Positions 1 to 15,939 of a DNA stretch of 64,000 bases are shown here, piece after piece. The stretch is from the NCBI GenBank assembly GCA_964016885.1, contig OZ024753.1, forward strand, positions 22,568,001-22,632,000, in the 5' to 3' direction. The notes beneath the pieces are model-generated. The model was not told the DNA's origin, did not search any database, and was given only the letters and a program-made list of their open reading frames with translations. The position numbers and the translations under genes are program-made. This DNA comes from Eledone cirrhosa (taxonomy: Eukaryota). Each line of letters starts with the position of its first letter. Within the stretch, counting starts at the first letter, position 1.

Positions 1-1560
1 CTAGTAGGGTTTGTTCAGAAAGTGGCATATTAGGGAGGTGATTGAGCATATCTAGGTCGTCCCTTATATAGCTTTTGATGTGCTTGAGGAAGGGTTTGAG
101 AAGGGTATCAATGAAGTTGCTAAGACGATGCGTTTCGCAAGCGGGGCCTGCTATTATAGGTCTTAATTTGAGATCATTGGGTGAGGGGACATTGATGACT
201 ATGTCTGTGGCTTCCTTGCATGCCTTACTTATTGATTCGCTTTTATGTACTTTAGGGATACCGTAGAAAAGGCTGGATTTACTTGTGAAGTCTGTGATGA
301 AGCTGAATTCCTTGTTAGTGAGTCCTTCTTTGTATTGGTTGATTAGAGTTTTTAGGTTTCTCATAATTTTCTGTTGATTGTAGTGTTCAGCCTTTTCGTA
401 GTATGTTTCGTTTTCCAAAGTGGAGAGCGCTAAGTTGATATAGAATTCTGTCTCCATTAGGACTACTGTACTCCCTTTATCAGCCTCTTTAATTGTAATG
501 GTTCTGTCGGTTTTTAATCTATTTAATTCTTCCCATTCTTTCTTGTTGAGGTTTGGCTTGTGTTTTTGTCTGTGCAAGTGTTGGTAAGGGAAGTTTGTGA
601 TGTGTTCACAGAATTCGTCCAGGATTTTATTTCTACCTTTTGAAGGGGTGTAATTGCTTCTATTTCTGGCTAATGATTCATCCTCATTGTACTGGTCGAA
701 TAGTTGTTCACTAAGTCGTAACTTTCTACAGAAGTCTGTGATGTCTTCCTTCATTTCATAGTAGTTAGGACGTAGTGGGGTCGGTGTGAATTTAAGACCT
801 TTGGAGAGTAAGTTGATAAGGTTGGGTGTTGGTTCTGCACTAGTAAGATTGATAATTTTTATTACTATCGGTTTCTCCTCCCTGTCTTGTGTTATTTTGT
901 TTGCCTGTATCTGTGTGCTGTGTCTAAAAAATGGTTGGGGTAGAGGGGTTGTCTTCTGATGTTAAGTGGTCTCCTGTGTTTGTTATATTGCTTGTTGTTG
1001 TAAAATGTGGTTCGGGTTGGTGGTTGTAGATTGAATGGGGTGTTCCTGTACTGCGAGTATGGGTGTGTGTTTCTATGTGCCATGTTGTATTGTGGTGTTA
1101 TAAGTAGCCTACGTTGTTGGTTGTATCGTGTGGTGTGGGTTTGTTGTGTATTGTGGAAGCGAGAGTTGAGAAAATGGTAATTACCTTGCTGTCCCCTTGA
1201 AGCGGGGAAGTTGTTACATCTATCATGGCGGTGGTATCTTTTCCTTATGTTTGACGATGAGGCATCCGCGTAGTAGTTGAGTGATTTGGTATGGTGTCTC
1301 CTTGAAGGGGGAAAGTTGTAAATGTCATTCTGGGGGAGATGATTTCTTGGGTTTTTGTTCCTTCTTATGGTAGCGAGGTTGGGAAGTTCATCTTCGGTGT
1401 GGTGCTTCCTTCTTCGTTTGTTAGAGGCTTGGGGGTTTGAGAAGTTGTTGTGCGGTTCAGTTATGGGTTTTACTATTTTTATGAACGGGTTATTGGAGGT
1501 GTAATCCGTTTGAAAAGTCGATTCATAGTGTAGGAACCAAGCGGCACTTTTTTCCCAGCG
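1..1560 (-). mobile_element. Penelope-like element, N-terminal/RT-proximal part (runs off window start)
   Basis: Minus-strand translation of 1-870 gives PLE-typical motifs LLSKGLKFTPTP, FCRKLRLSE, ADKGSTVVL, FYGIPKVHK and LRPIIAG. It is preceded by the low-complexity N/H/R-rich ORF 892-1617. Confidence 0.8.
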
Positions 1561-1564
1561 TGTG

Positions 1565-1695
<131 letters not shown>

Positions 1696-1870
1696 ATATA
1701 TACACAGATAAATCTACCAATCAATGGTAGGGTCTAAACCGTATGAAGAACTCAATGTAATCCGTATGTAGAAGATGTCGGGAAGCAAAGTCTAAAATAC
1801 AAAATTTTCAACGATATAATTCATTGGATACAGAGTCAAAAATAAAAATATTAAAACAATGAACTTAAAC

Positions 1871-2004
1871 ATTTCTGAAGACGGCGGGTAGTGAAGACGT
1901 ATGTATTTTTTCTTACTATGATATTTTGTAATATATTTTACATAGATCAATAATTGAATGGACATACAGGGTGCTACCCCCCCCCCCAGAAACGATCGTA
2001 AAAT
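1871..2004 (+). ncRNA. Type I hammerhead ribozyme with about 100-nt stem II insertion
   Basis: attt-CTGAAGA-cggcgggtag...ctacccccc-cca-GAAA-cgatcg-TA-aaat. Stem I attt/aaat, palindromic stem III ACGATCGT, GUA cleavage triplet. Confidence 0.65.
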
Positions 2005-2431
2005 AATGATCTTTACTATGAATTAACCGTTTTTTGTTTAATTTAATTGTTTTAATATTTCTATATATATATATATTATATATTTATATAATTGATATAA
2101 TTGTCCTCGGCATAAACGCATATTTACATATATATTTAGATTTTACCCGAATAAAATAGTTTTAAATCATTAAAAAATTATGATTGAGAGAACAAGAGGA
2201 ACTGAAGAAAATATTCCCAGCAAGACAATTAATCGATTTTTAAAAGTGTTAATTAAGTCAATGAATTAATCGATTTTTTATTTTCTGCATAGTTTTCAAT
2301 CTGATAATGGAACTGGATGAAGAATCTTCATAAAACGCTATTAGGTTATTTTAGAAGAGCAAAAGTTTAACAGAACTCTTCGACTTGTAAAACTAAGGTA
2401 GTTGTTGTATAGGAAGGGGGATTGAGGGGAG

Positions 2432-2535
2432 GGAGAAGGAGAAGGAGAAGGAGAAGGAGAAGGAGGAGAAGAAGAAGAAGAAGAAGAAGAAGAAGAAGAA
2501 GAAGAAGAAGAAGAAGAAGAAGAAGAAGAAGAAGA
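2432..2535. repeat. (GAAGGA)n/(GAA)n microsatellite
   Basis: Seen directly; explains the poly-Leu ORF. Confidence 0.95.
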
Positions 2536-2723
2536 AATAATGGATGGGTTAAATTACACATTCTATGATATAATTAGAAAAGAAGTTATTGATTCCTGAA
2601 TATTGTGGCATCATGTTGACGCCAATGTGTGTGTGTGATAAAACAAAGGTTAGCGGGGTTAATCGAACTATGTGATGATCGTGGGCTTCTTTATTGCGTT
2701 ACTGATTTAATTGGTTGGCATCA

Positions 2724-5510
<2,787 letters not shown>

Positions 5511-6031
5511 TCATATATATATATATATATACATATATATTGGTAAAAGGAAAAGAAAATGCTGACAAATTGTTCCCAGTGAAAAATAGTTTAATTAGGA
5601 ATAAGTAAAAACAGGTAATAGTATTGGTTAGTATTCAGTTTTGGTTTTAAGTTTTACCGGTTGCGCATTTCTAGTGCTTTTCAAAAATAATTTTGAGATA
5701 GAGCGCCCGTGATGTTTGCTCTAATCTGATTAATTTTGGAAATTCTACCTGTTTTATGTAAAAAAAGTGGCTCTAGATGTATGAAGAAACTCTTGTGGTC
5801 AAAACAATTTTGATTGGTCGGTAGAGGTCATGTGAATGTTAAAAATTGATTTTGCGCCAAATGTAGGTTTGTCTCGGCTGATTGAGAAGTCACTGAAAAA
5901 TAAGTCTTTCAAGACAAATATGTGTGTGTGTGTGTGTGTAGTAGTAGTAAAGAGGTTCGTTGTTGTGATAATGGTCAGCAGGGATGTGTGTGCGAACCGC
6001 AGCCTGTTGACAGTTCAAATGCCTATTAAGA

Positions 6032-6096
<65 letters not shown>

Positions 6097-6205
6097 CAGA
6101 GTAATTCGTGGTAGAGGGATGGTCAGTAGGAATGTGTCTGTAAGTGTGTGGGGGATATTTTAACATGTTAAAAGATATTTTTCAGCTCTTGTCTTATACG
6201 GAGAA

Positions 6206-6306
<101 letters not shown>

Positions 6307-6741
6307 AATGTCTGTGTGTGTGTGTGGGTGGACCAGTATTTTTGTGATACTGGCAAACATTTTCAGTAAAAACGATTCTCTCAATAGAACATCAAAAACC
6401 TTAATAATAAAAGGTGTGAAATGATATATAGTATTGGCATAATACCAAGGTGTGTGTGAGTGTCCAGATTGTACGTACTGCAAGGGGAATCCATTAGGCC
6501 TTGCCGTATTGGAATACTTGTGTACAAATATGTATGTGCCCATCAGTGTGCAATGCATGTGTGCGTATATGTATGTGTGTATGTCGGCACGTTTATATCT
6601 ATAGACATCAAAAGGTATGCAAATTTGTGTATATTTGTGTTGCACCATAGAACATGTGTGTTTACGTATGTCATTGTGTTTATATGTGGATAGAGATGTA
6701 TGCTGATGTAGGTATGTATGTTGACGTGTGTATATATATAT

Positions 6742-6945
6742 ATAGGAAAAAGTATGACCCCAACGGCAGAGCTCAAGCCGTTTCGACGGGTATTTCTGAA
6801 CTAAATTTAATCCAGAAATAGCCGTCGAAATGGCTTGAGCTCTGCCGTCGGAGTCATACTTTTTCCTATTTCCCACTCTACTACCCTAAGTATTGGGTAC
6901 TCTGGCGCGTTATGGTCCATCTGGTTCCTTACCACTATTGCTTTG

Positions 6946-6948
<3 letters not shown>
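6742..6948. repeat. Fold-back palindrome (6742-6869) plus tail; dispersed family
   Basis: Arms of about 60 bp, ataggaaaaagtatgac...gtcatactttttcctat. Near-identical copy at 60345-60550 and rearranged copy at 63068-63199. Confidence 0.85.
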
Positions 6949-6983
<35 letters not shown>

Positions 6984-6987
<4 letters not shown>

Positions 6988-7096
6988 GGAAAAGAATGAA
7001 ATGAAATTTAATTTCTCACTCTTAGTACGGCTGTATACATATATGTATGTACTACCGTACGTCTGTATACATATATGTATGTACGTTTACATACTT

Positions 7097-7178
<82 letters not shown>

Positions 7179-8017
7179 AGTAAGTATGTATGTATACGTA
7201 CATACATATATGTATACAGACGTACAGTAGTATGTATATATATACATACATGCACACATATATATATGCACGTATCAGTTTACCGAACATTTATTATAAT
7301 GCTCGGTTTGTTTGTTTGTAAACAAACAAACAGCCCGAATTACGCCGTACTGTGTTTAGGCAACCATGTCACCTTTTTATTCAACACTGACACAGGAACG
7401 ATGTACTAGTTTCAAGCTTATTAGCTATCGTTAGCATCGTATACCTTCCTGCCAGATGGTTGAACTTTCCTTATGCATATTAACGGCTGAGCAGCCTAAT
7501 TTGCATATCGAGTGAGTTCAGTCGGCCGGGCATACCTAAAACGATAAATGGAATAGAATGAAAGTATATACTTTCCTTATGAACTCACTCGATATGCAAA
7601 TTAGGCTGCTCAGCCGTTAATATGCATAAGGAAAGTATATACTTTCAGACGTTCAACCATCTGGCAGGAAGGTATACGATGCTGACGATAGCTAATAAGC
7701 TTGAAACTAGTACATGGTTCCTGTGTCAGTGTTGAACAAAAAGGTGACGAGGTTGCCTAAACACTGTACGGCGTAATTTGGGCTGTTTGTTTGTTTATTA
7801 TAATGCTCGTTTTGTTTGTTTACAAACTAACAAACCGAGCATTATAATAAATGTTCGGTAAACCAATACGTGCATATATATATGTGTGCATGTATGTATA
7901 TATATACATACTATTGTACGTCTGTATACATATATGTATGTACGTATACATACATACTTACATTTAAGTAAGTGCCGTACTAAGAGTGAGAAATGAAATT
8001 TCGTTTCATTTGATTCC

Positions 8018-8021
<4 letters not shown>
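6984..8021. mobile_element. Retrozyme-like ~430-bp hammerhead repeat, inverted pair
   Basis: Unit at 7177-7580 with an inverted copy at 7583-8021; hammerheads at 7398-7440 (-) and 7676-7718 (+). Same family at 13.6, 42.5 and 57.5 kb. Confidence 0.8.
7676..7718 (+). ncRNA. Minimal type I hammerhead ribozyme (430-bp family)
   Basis: acgatg-CTGACGA-tagctaataagctt-GAAA-ctag-TA-catggt; palindromic stem III ACTAGT. Confidence 0.8.
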
Positions 8022-8102
<81 letters not shown>

Positions 8103-8707
8103 AGTATGTATGTATAATAATAAAAATCGAGGCAGTTTCGTTTACATACGATACATATTTATTGTGTATTGACCTGTCACTCGCGTTTTGCTATGATTAG
8201 CTTTCTATGTAGGACAGATACCACAGCTTGAGGTGCACCATCCCATTACTTTCTTTTCTTTGTTTTCTGTCCTTCTATCTGTACTGATTGTTTTATCATA
8301 CACACATCATATCAACACATTTTTCTAAGGCACGATCCAGCATTTTAAAATGATACTCTCGATTACATGGTGCGAAATCATTTTGCTGGTTTGAGAGCTG
8401 ATGAGAGTGACGATGTGTGTGTGTGTGTGTGTGTGTGTAAACTTGTCTTACACATCGCCTTCCTTTATTCCCTTCTTCCAGTCACTTCTATGCGCCAACA
8501 CATTTCTCTTTGCTCTCCTCCTCTTTCAATCTTTCTCTATTCTATCTGCCTGTTACCCACCATGTGGATTGTCTCTCACTTCACCAATGGCTGCTGCTCT
8601 CCTTGACAACATTTAGCTGTTTTAACGGCTGTTCTAGCGATGAGTTTTCCTAGTTTTATATGTATTTAAATACAGTCTTACTTCGTCTCGATCTGAGACA
8701 ACATTAT

Positions 8708-8879
<172 letters not shown>

Positions 8880-9211
8880 GTGTGCGTGTGTGTGTGTGTG
8901 TGCGTGAGTGTATGTGTCTGTGTATATATATATGTATGTATATACTATGTAATAATAATAATAATGATAATTATTGAAAAGATTTTGTGCGAGGAAATTG
9001 CAAATATGTTTTCTGCCAGGTATTGATAATATTCCAGTTATTTGTGAAATAAATAAAGCTGTATTTGGAAACCAATGAATCTTGAAAGGTAGGGTTATGT
9101 TCTTAATCAGCATGCTGTATTGAACTGAACAGATCAAACCTTATTTCTTCCCAGGTTTAAATATTGTGTGAGAAGAAAAAATCTATAAACCAATCGCTTG
9201 GTTAAACTTTC

Positions 9212-9292
9212 CATTACCATACTACCAAAGTACCATTACCATACTTCCAAAGTACCATTACCATACTACCAAAGTACCATTACCATACTACG
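9212..9292. repeat. 22-bp tandem repeat (about 3.7 copies)
   Basis: Unit ccattaccatactaccaaagta. Confidence 0.9.
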
Positions 9293-9528
9293 AAGAATGT
9301 TAAAAATAGTTTGAACATATTGAATGTGATGGAATTTTGTAAAATTATTAATGTTTTTTTCTATTGTTGTTTAATTTGGTGGTTTGGAACATACCTTAAG
9401 AAAAGTTCCCAGATTAAATTAGGGTGGAAGCTATTTTAGATGAATATATATATATACTTTAAAATACACAATTCACAATCACACAATCATAGAACGCAGA
9501 AGCAGATTCAGTGAGTGGTATATATATA

Positions 9529-10404
9529 TATTAAAATAACAGATTAAAGTTTAAGCAAAAAATCGCTGCTTTCACCCTTAACGGGATCTTCTGAAACTAA
9601 CAAAGTCAATCTGTAAACGCAGAAGTGGATATTTCAAAAAACGTTGCAACCGGAGGAAGACAGGATGACGATACTTTGGTTCGTGGAAACATTCGCTATG
9701 CAAATAAGTAATGGTATAAACAAAACATATACTTAGCTCCCACATCAAGACGTAAAATATCCACGTATAGATCGTCCTATCCGTTAGGGTATAACGTGGG
9801 GCTGTAATACAAGAAAGTTTTGTGCAATTTATGTTCACAAGCCGAAATTGCCTCAGATGTTTTGTTTAAGATGAGGTCTGTGGCGTAGAGTATTTCCAGG
9901 GCCTCGGCGGCGCAGAAGTCACATGGTCTTTTATTTCCGTTATACGATCTAGCCCTAGCTAGGATCTCCCAGTGTAACTTATATTGGGTGTGGTTATCTT
10001 TTAGACTCCAGATATAAGCTGAAAGTGACGTCATATTCCTTCTTAGAGGGTAACGAAAAGAATGGGTATGCGTGTAAAGACGTTGCTTGAATCTATTTGC
10101 GGTTAACCCTATGTAGGCACTACGGGACGTGGGTGTTACAACCTTACATTTGTAGACAATGTTACTAGAGAGGCATTTCCCGGATAGGGGGCAATCAACC
10201 CGATTCCTACAATTATAGTTAGTACTTATTTGCATAGCGAACGTTTCCACGAACCAAAGTATCGTCTTCCTGTCTTCCTCCGGTTACAATGTTTTTTGAA
10301 ATATCCACTTCTGCGTTTACAGATTGACTTTGTTAGTTTCAGAAGATCCCGTTAAGGGTGAAAGCAGCGATTCTTTGCTTAAACTTTAATCTGTTATTTT
10401 AATA
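9529..10404 (-). mobile_element. 5'-truncated PLE: GIY-YIG fragment between ~180-bp inverted repeats
   Basis: ORF 9777-10250 has CNC..CPL..C, IVYKC, YIGLT..FKQR and C..C..EALEI. Inverted repeats at 9529-9710 and 10223-10404. Confidence 0.9.
10335..10385 (+). ncRNA. Hammerhead ribozyme with variant core CAGAAGA (mirror copy 9548-9598, -)
   Basis: agttt-CAGAAGA-t-ccc-gttaa-ggg-t-GAAA-gca...tgc-TT-aaact; all three stems pair. Confidence 0.65.
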
Positions 10405-10495
10405 AATATTTGCTCTACGGTTCTTATATATTTGATATATATTTATCCTTATCGAGCCCTCTTTGGATTTTAGTCTTCAAATTTATTATTATTAC

Positions 10496-10574
<79 letters not shown>

Positions 10575-10772
10575 GAAGAAATTCATTTTCAAATATAAAA
10601 ACTGAGATGTATATGTGAAAAGATTATATCACCTCAAAATACGATAATTTATTACACTAAACTGTACAGATGGCTACATATAATAAGAAAATATATATTA
10701 AATGTGCTGCTAGTGTACTACATTATTTACACGTAAGGCGAATTAACGATTCAAGTATGGTACCAAACACTA

Positions 10773-10983
10773 TGGATTGGCAGAATAGGTAGAGCGTCGG
10801 ACACGCTGCTTCGTGTCATAGAGTTACGGCCCTTTATATTCTGAGTTCAAATCCACCGAGGTTAGCTTTGCCTTTCCTCCTTACGGGGTCGATAAAATAA
10901 AGTACCAGTAACGCACTGGGGTCGATATAATCGATTTCCCCTCCCCAAAATTGCTGCCGTTGTGCCTATAGTAGAAATCATTA
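10773..10983 (+). mobile_element. tRNA-derived SINE with conserved central (Nin/Deu-like) domain
   Basis: A-box tggcagaatagg, B-box gagttcaaatcc, core gcctttcctccttacggggtcgataaaataaagtaccag. Confidence 0.85.
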
Positions 10984-11158
10984 TTTATATCATAATTGAA
11001 TTTACAATTGTTTCATCCTGGTGGAAGACCTACGAACTTTAGATTAGTTTTTTTCCTTGATTAATCATTAGAGTTTGTTTTGTTTTGGGGGTAAAATTTA
11101 TTGGTAGGTTCACTAAACAACTTAATTTATCATATTATTAATTTTGATAATTTTGATA

Positions 11159-11348
11159 GGGTGGTGGATTGGCAGTATCGGTAGAGGGTCGGACGCCATG
11201 CTTTCTAGCATAGTTACGTCCCTTTACGATCTGAATTCAAATCCCGCCGAGGTTGACTTTACCTTACATCCTTACGGGGTCGATAAAATAAAGTACCAGT
11301 AATGCACTGGGTATTTGCTGGCCTTGTGCCTAAAGTAGAAACAATTAT
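11159..11348 (+). mobile_element. tRNA-derived SINE with target-site duplication
   Basis: Same family; flanked by duplicated ttattaattttgataattt. Confidence 0.9.
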
Positions 11349-11787
11349 TAATTTTGATAATTTAGGCACTTAAGTCAATATACATGCTTATATATTTATT
11401 GACTGGTATGGGCCTGTGTGTGAAGATGTATCCATATACGGGTGGATGTGCGATAGTGTATGTGTGTGCGCGTGGGTATATGCATCTGTACATTTTTGGC
11501 ATTTATACAGAATTTATTATGTAAAAAAATGACGTGCTTGATGTTAAAAGTCCATTTACATGAATAAACATTCGCTTGAGTGCCTGTGTGAATTAACCAC
11601 CATGCTGGATGTGGTAAGTAATATCTGTTAGTATGACTATGCATTTTTTTAAAAATGCAAACAAAACAGTCTACGGATTATTAGTGCGTTTGAAAGGATG
11701 AACTTTGTTGAGGTAATTATTTATATATTGATTAATTCCGAAGAGTCCAACGAGGATGAAGTAATTGTAAATTGAATTATGATATAA

Positions 11788-11975
11788 ATAATTGTTTCTA
11801 CTTTAGGCACCAGGCCAGCAATTACCCAGTGCATTACTGGTACTTTTTTTATCGACCCAAAAGGATGAAAGGCAAAGTCAACCTCGGTGGGATTTGAACT
11901 CAGATCGTAAAGGGACGTAACTATGCTGGAAAGCATGGCGTCCGACCCTCTACCGATACTGCCAATCCACCGCCC
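11788..11975 (-). mobile_element. tRNA-derived SINE with target-site duplication
   Basis: Reverse complement of the family consensus; flanked by duplicated tatgatataaataat. Confidence 0.9.
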
Positions 11976-12136
11976 TTTATGATATAAATAATAGTGTTTG
12001 GTAACATACTATAATGTACACGCGCACACACACACACACACATACATACACACACACATACATACATACATACATACATACATACATACATACATACATA
12101 CATACATACACACATACATACATCCACACACACACA

Positions 12137-13615
12137 CAGTCAACGCGATCAGTCGCATATTTTGGCGTGGGAGACTATTTATTAAATTTAAGATGAATAC
12201 TATCTCCGACAGTAATGCCACAACTACAGTCATGTTGAATAACTGGTTATTCTTCTAACTATATCTTCTGAAGGCACCTTTTATTCGAATTAGTAGAGAT
12301 ATCCGACTAAATACATAATTCATTTTACATGGATTTGCTACAAACAGCATGGCTGACCACAACATCAACAACAAAATTAAGGAAGTATCGAAGACAACCA
12401 ACAAGAAAGGTAAACAACATTTATTCAGTTGTAGCTACAGAAGAAACCGAAATTATAAATCGCATTTCTCTTGGAGTTGCGAACATAATGATGATTTATT
12501 TAATTGTTATAAAAGGGCAAAAAACAATCCCTCCATTGGCTATATGAACAGAATGAAGCTACACTGGGACAAAATGCACCCAGAGCTAAAACAATTACGC
12601 CAACAAGCGACGTTTGTTGAGCGTAAAAATAAGATAAATAATATTAATTGTAAGTCCCCCACAACAAACATGTTATCAACAACACGTGCTACAGATCGCC
12701 ATACTATTAGACTTCCTAGCGGCCAGGTCGAATAAAGCCTTGAAACAACTATGCCTCTCAGAAACTTGACACCATGTGTACCATCTAAGTCTACCTCGAA
12801 TGCTGGGGAAAACACTATCGATAATAATAATAATCGAAGAAATAATAATAATAGTCGAGTCTACCTCGACTATTGTGGAAAATACTATCGATAATGTTAA
12901 TAATCAAAAGTATAAACAATTGAAAGTTTCCCTCAACGAAATCTTCCAGAGAGAAATTAATTCATGTATAAATATCTCTTTTGCTGAACGTATTAAAACG
13001 ACAATATTTTATAAAAAACCAAATAATGAAATATTACGTGTTATTGCGGAAATAGGGGATGAATATTTACGACGGATAAAAACCCCAACATTTTAGCAAA
13101 TCAACGCCTGTTTATATGCCTTAGCAACGACAGTGAAGCATTCATCTTGGTGATAGCAGAGATATTAACAAGAAGAAAATACCATCATATATAACTAAAA
13201 TAGAAAAAGAAGTTGCTGACCTACGATAAACCATAGGATATGTGACAATGCTCCTCACATGCAAACAAACAGAAAAAAACCTCTTTCCTAACCAACAAAG
13301 AGTGGAAAATAAAATAGAGACAATGTTGGGTAACAGTAGAACCAAAACTCTTCAATATAAGCTGATCTCCCTCAAACAAGAATTGAAAGCTCTTAGCGAA
13401 AAATGCCGATACCTGAAGAAGATAGATGAGAGAAAAGTGCTTAATAAAAGATTCAGACAAAACCAAACATCAGTCAATAGAGATATGAAGAACAACATAA
13501 GTGTCACCGAGGCCCCATCCCAGAAAAAACATAGATTCCTTTTGGAGCAAAATATAGGGTGAAAAGAAGAATTTCAAACCGAGATGCAGTGTGGCTAAAA
13601 GAAATCCGAAAGAAC
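12137..13615 (+). mobile_element. R4/Dong-type RLE LINE, 5' portion only (paralogue of 38306-41879)
   Basis: Colinear with about 38306-39840, starting at the identical cagtcaacgcgatcag after a (TACA)n/(CA)n tract. Cut off by the hammerhead repeat array. Confidence 0.85.
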
Positions 13616-14341
13616 TAATAAGCTTGAAACTAGTACAACCTTCCAAGCTTATTAGCTAATAAGCTTGAAACTAGTACATCGTTCCTGTGTCAGTGTTGAA
13701 CAAAAGGGCGACATTGGTTGCCGAGCACTGTACGGCGTAATTATAATAAATGTTCGGTAAACCCATACGTACATATATATATGTGTGCATGTATGTATAT
13801 ATATACATACTACTGTACGTCTGTACACATATATGTATGTACGTATAAATACTTATATTTAAGTATCAGCCGTACTAAGAGTGAGAAATGAAATTTCGTT
13901 TCATTCTTTTCCATTTATCGTTTTCGGTGCGCCCGGCCGACTAACTCACTCGATATGCAAATTAGGATGCTCAGCCGTTCATATACATAAGGAAAGTATA
14001 TACTTTCAGACGTTCAATCATATTGACAGAAAGGTATACGATGCTGACGATAGCTAATAATCTTGAAACTAGTACATCGTTCCTGTGTCAGTGTTGAACA
14101 AAAAGGCGACGATGGTTGCCGAGCACTGTACGGCGTAATTTGGGCTGTTTGTTTACAAACAAACCGAACATTATAATAAATGTTCGGTAAACCCATACGT
14201 ACATATATATATGTGTGCATGTATGTATATATATATACATACTACTGTACGTCTGTACACATATATGTATGTTCGTATAAATATTTTATTTAGGTATCAG
14301 CCGTACTAAGAGTGAGAAATGAAATTTCGTTTCATTCTTTT
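13615..14341 (+). mobile_element. Retrozyme-like 430-bp family, head-to-tail tandem
   Basis: Period about 400 bp (one copy internally deleted). Hammerhead at 14038-14080 and partial ones at 13615-13683. Confidence 0.8.
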
Positions 14342-14354
14342 CTCTCTATATATA

Positions 14355-14594
<240 letters not shown>

Positions 14595-14687
14595 GTGTGT
14601 GTGTGCAAAAGATAAACAGAAATAACAACACCATCGGTACAGTATATGGAGGGAATATCTTAACGCTTGAAATAGCAGAAAGAAGGT

Positions 14688-14725
14688 TTTAACGTTTCTG
14701 ACGATAGTCCTTCATCAGAAGAAAG
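14688..14725 (-). ncRNA. Minimal hammerhead in PLE-type tail (degenerate homologue at about 23575-23612)
   Basis: Reverse complement reads tt-CTGATGA-aggactatcgtca-GAAA-cgt-TA-aa. Confidence 0.55.
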
Positions 14726-15386
14726 AATGAGAAATAAGATAGATTGAAGGGACGGATATATATATATGTGTATGTATGTATATGTATATATATGTATGTA
14801 TGTATATATGTTTGTATATGTCTATATATGAGAGATGACCCCTTAGCCTTTGTCAAGGCAGAATTCTAGGAGAAGGAAAACTCTAATATAACACCTGCAA
14901 ATCTGATGGTATCCAATGATGTTGACTTGTTCTTCTTTTTGGTAAATATCATCTTGGTTAAGAGAGTGGGACTGGCTTTGTGCAGTGACTTCGCTCACTA
15001 TAAAAACTTCACGGCACAGGCATTTTTTTATATCTGGAGATCTCTCTGCACTTGTCATCACATGGCCCAGCACTATGTGTCAATATTTGTCACAAGTGTA
15101 GTGTTTGTACCAGAGTTTTCAAGTCGCTGGCTGGACTAAAAAGTCACACTCGTTCAGCGCATCAGTAGGGGTTCGCCTACATGGATATAAAGTAGTGGCC
15201 GTACTCGAAAACGAGTTGGCAGCCACCATATGTCTATATATGTATGTATATATATATGTACGTATATGTATATATGTATATGTATATGTGTGTATATATA
15301 TATATATACATGTATATATATCTATCTGTATATCTGTATATATATTTATAAGCATATATATTTATACAAATATATATATTTATATG

Positions 15387-15939
15387 TATAATTGAATAAA
15401 CAAGGGAGCTGAACAGTAATATAAACATACATGTGTTCGAATCGTAAGGACTAACATTTGCTAGGGTGAAAAAATACTAACTACAGCAATATAGTTTGTT
15501 ATCCTTAACTTTAAATATTAAATTAAGAAAAATAACAGACCTATATTGGGCAAAAATGCCTGGTAACAACTAGACAGTGTTGGAGACTGTTTCGCAACGA
15601 CTTATTAAGTGAAGTTTTCACGTTTCTCTGATCCTCAGTAGTTGTTGAGAAATTAGTGATCCTTTCACTTCTAAAAATATTAGAGAATGAATTGTGTACG
15701 ATATGAATTATAGCACGTGTCATTCGGAACCCAGCTTGTCTCGAAATTCCCTGCCACTAAAAATAGCAGCCTGGCTTACAGGACAATAAAAATTAGCTCT
15801 ACATGATGGAGCCGACAAATAGGATAACCAACTATATTGCTGTAGTTATTATTTTTTCACCCTAGCAAATTTTAGTCCTTACGATTCGAACACATGTATG
15901 TTTATATTAGTGTTCATCTCTCTTGTTTATTCAATTATA
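15387..15939 (-). mobile_element. Non-coding element with ~119-bp inverted repeats and an internal hammerhead
   Basis: Inverted repeats at 15387-15505 and 15821-15939; no recognisable coding region. Confidence 0.75.
15565..15646 (-). ncRNA. Type I hammerhead ribozyme
   Basis: Reverse complement: aacaacta-CTGAGGA-...-GAAA-cagt-ctccaac-actg-TC-tagttgtt. 8-bp stem I, 5-bp stem III, GUC triplet; stem II imperfect. Confidence 0.75.

Noticed and set aside
2298-2350. Degenerate hammerhead (ctgataa...aaaa); similar partial motifs near 8398, 49600 and 59840
   Set aside because: Core or stems too decayed to distinguish from chance.
11159-11260. tRNA gene
   Set aside because: A and B boxes are present but no cloverleaf forms; it is a SINE head continuing into a SINE core with a TSD.
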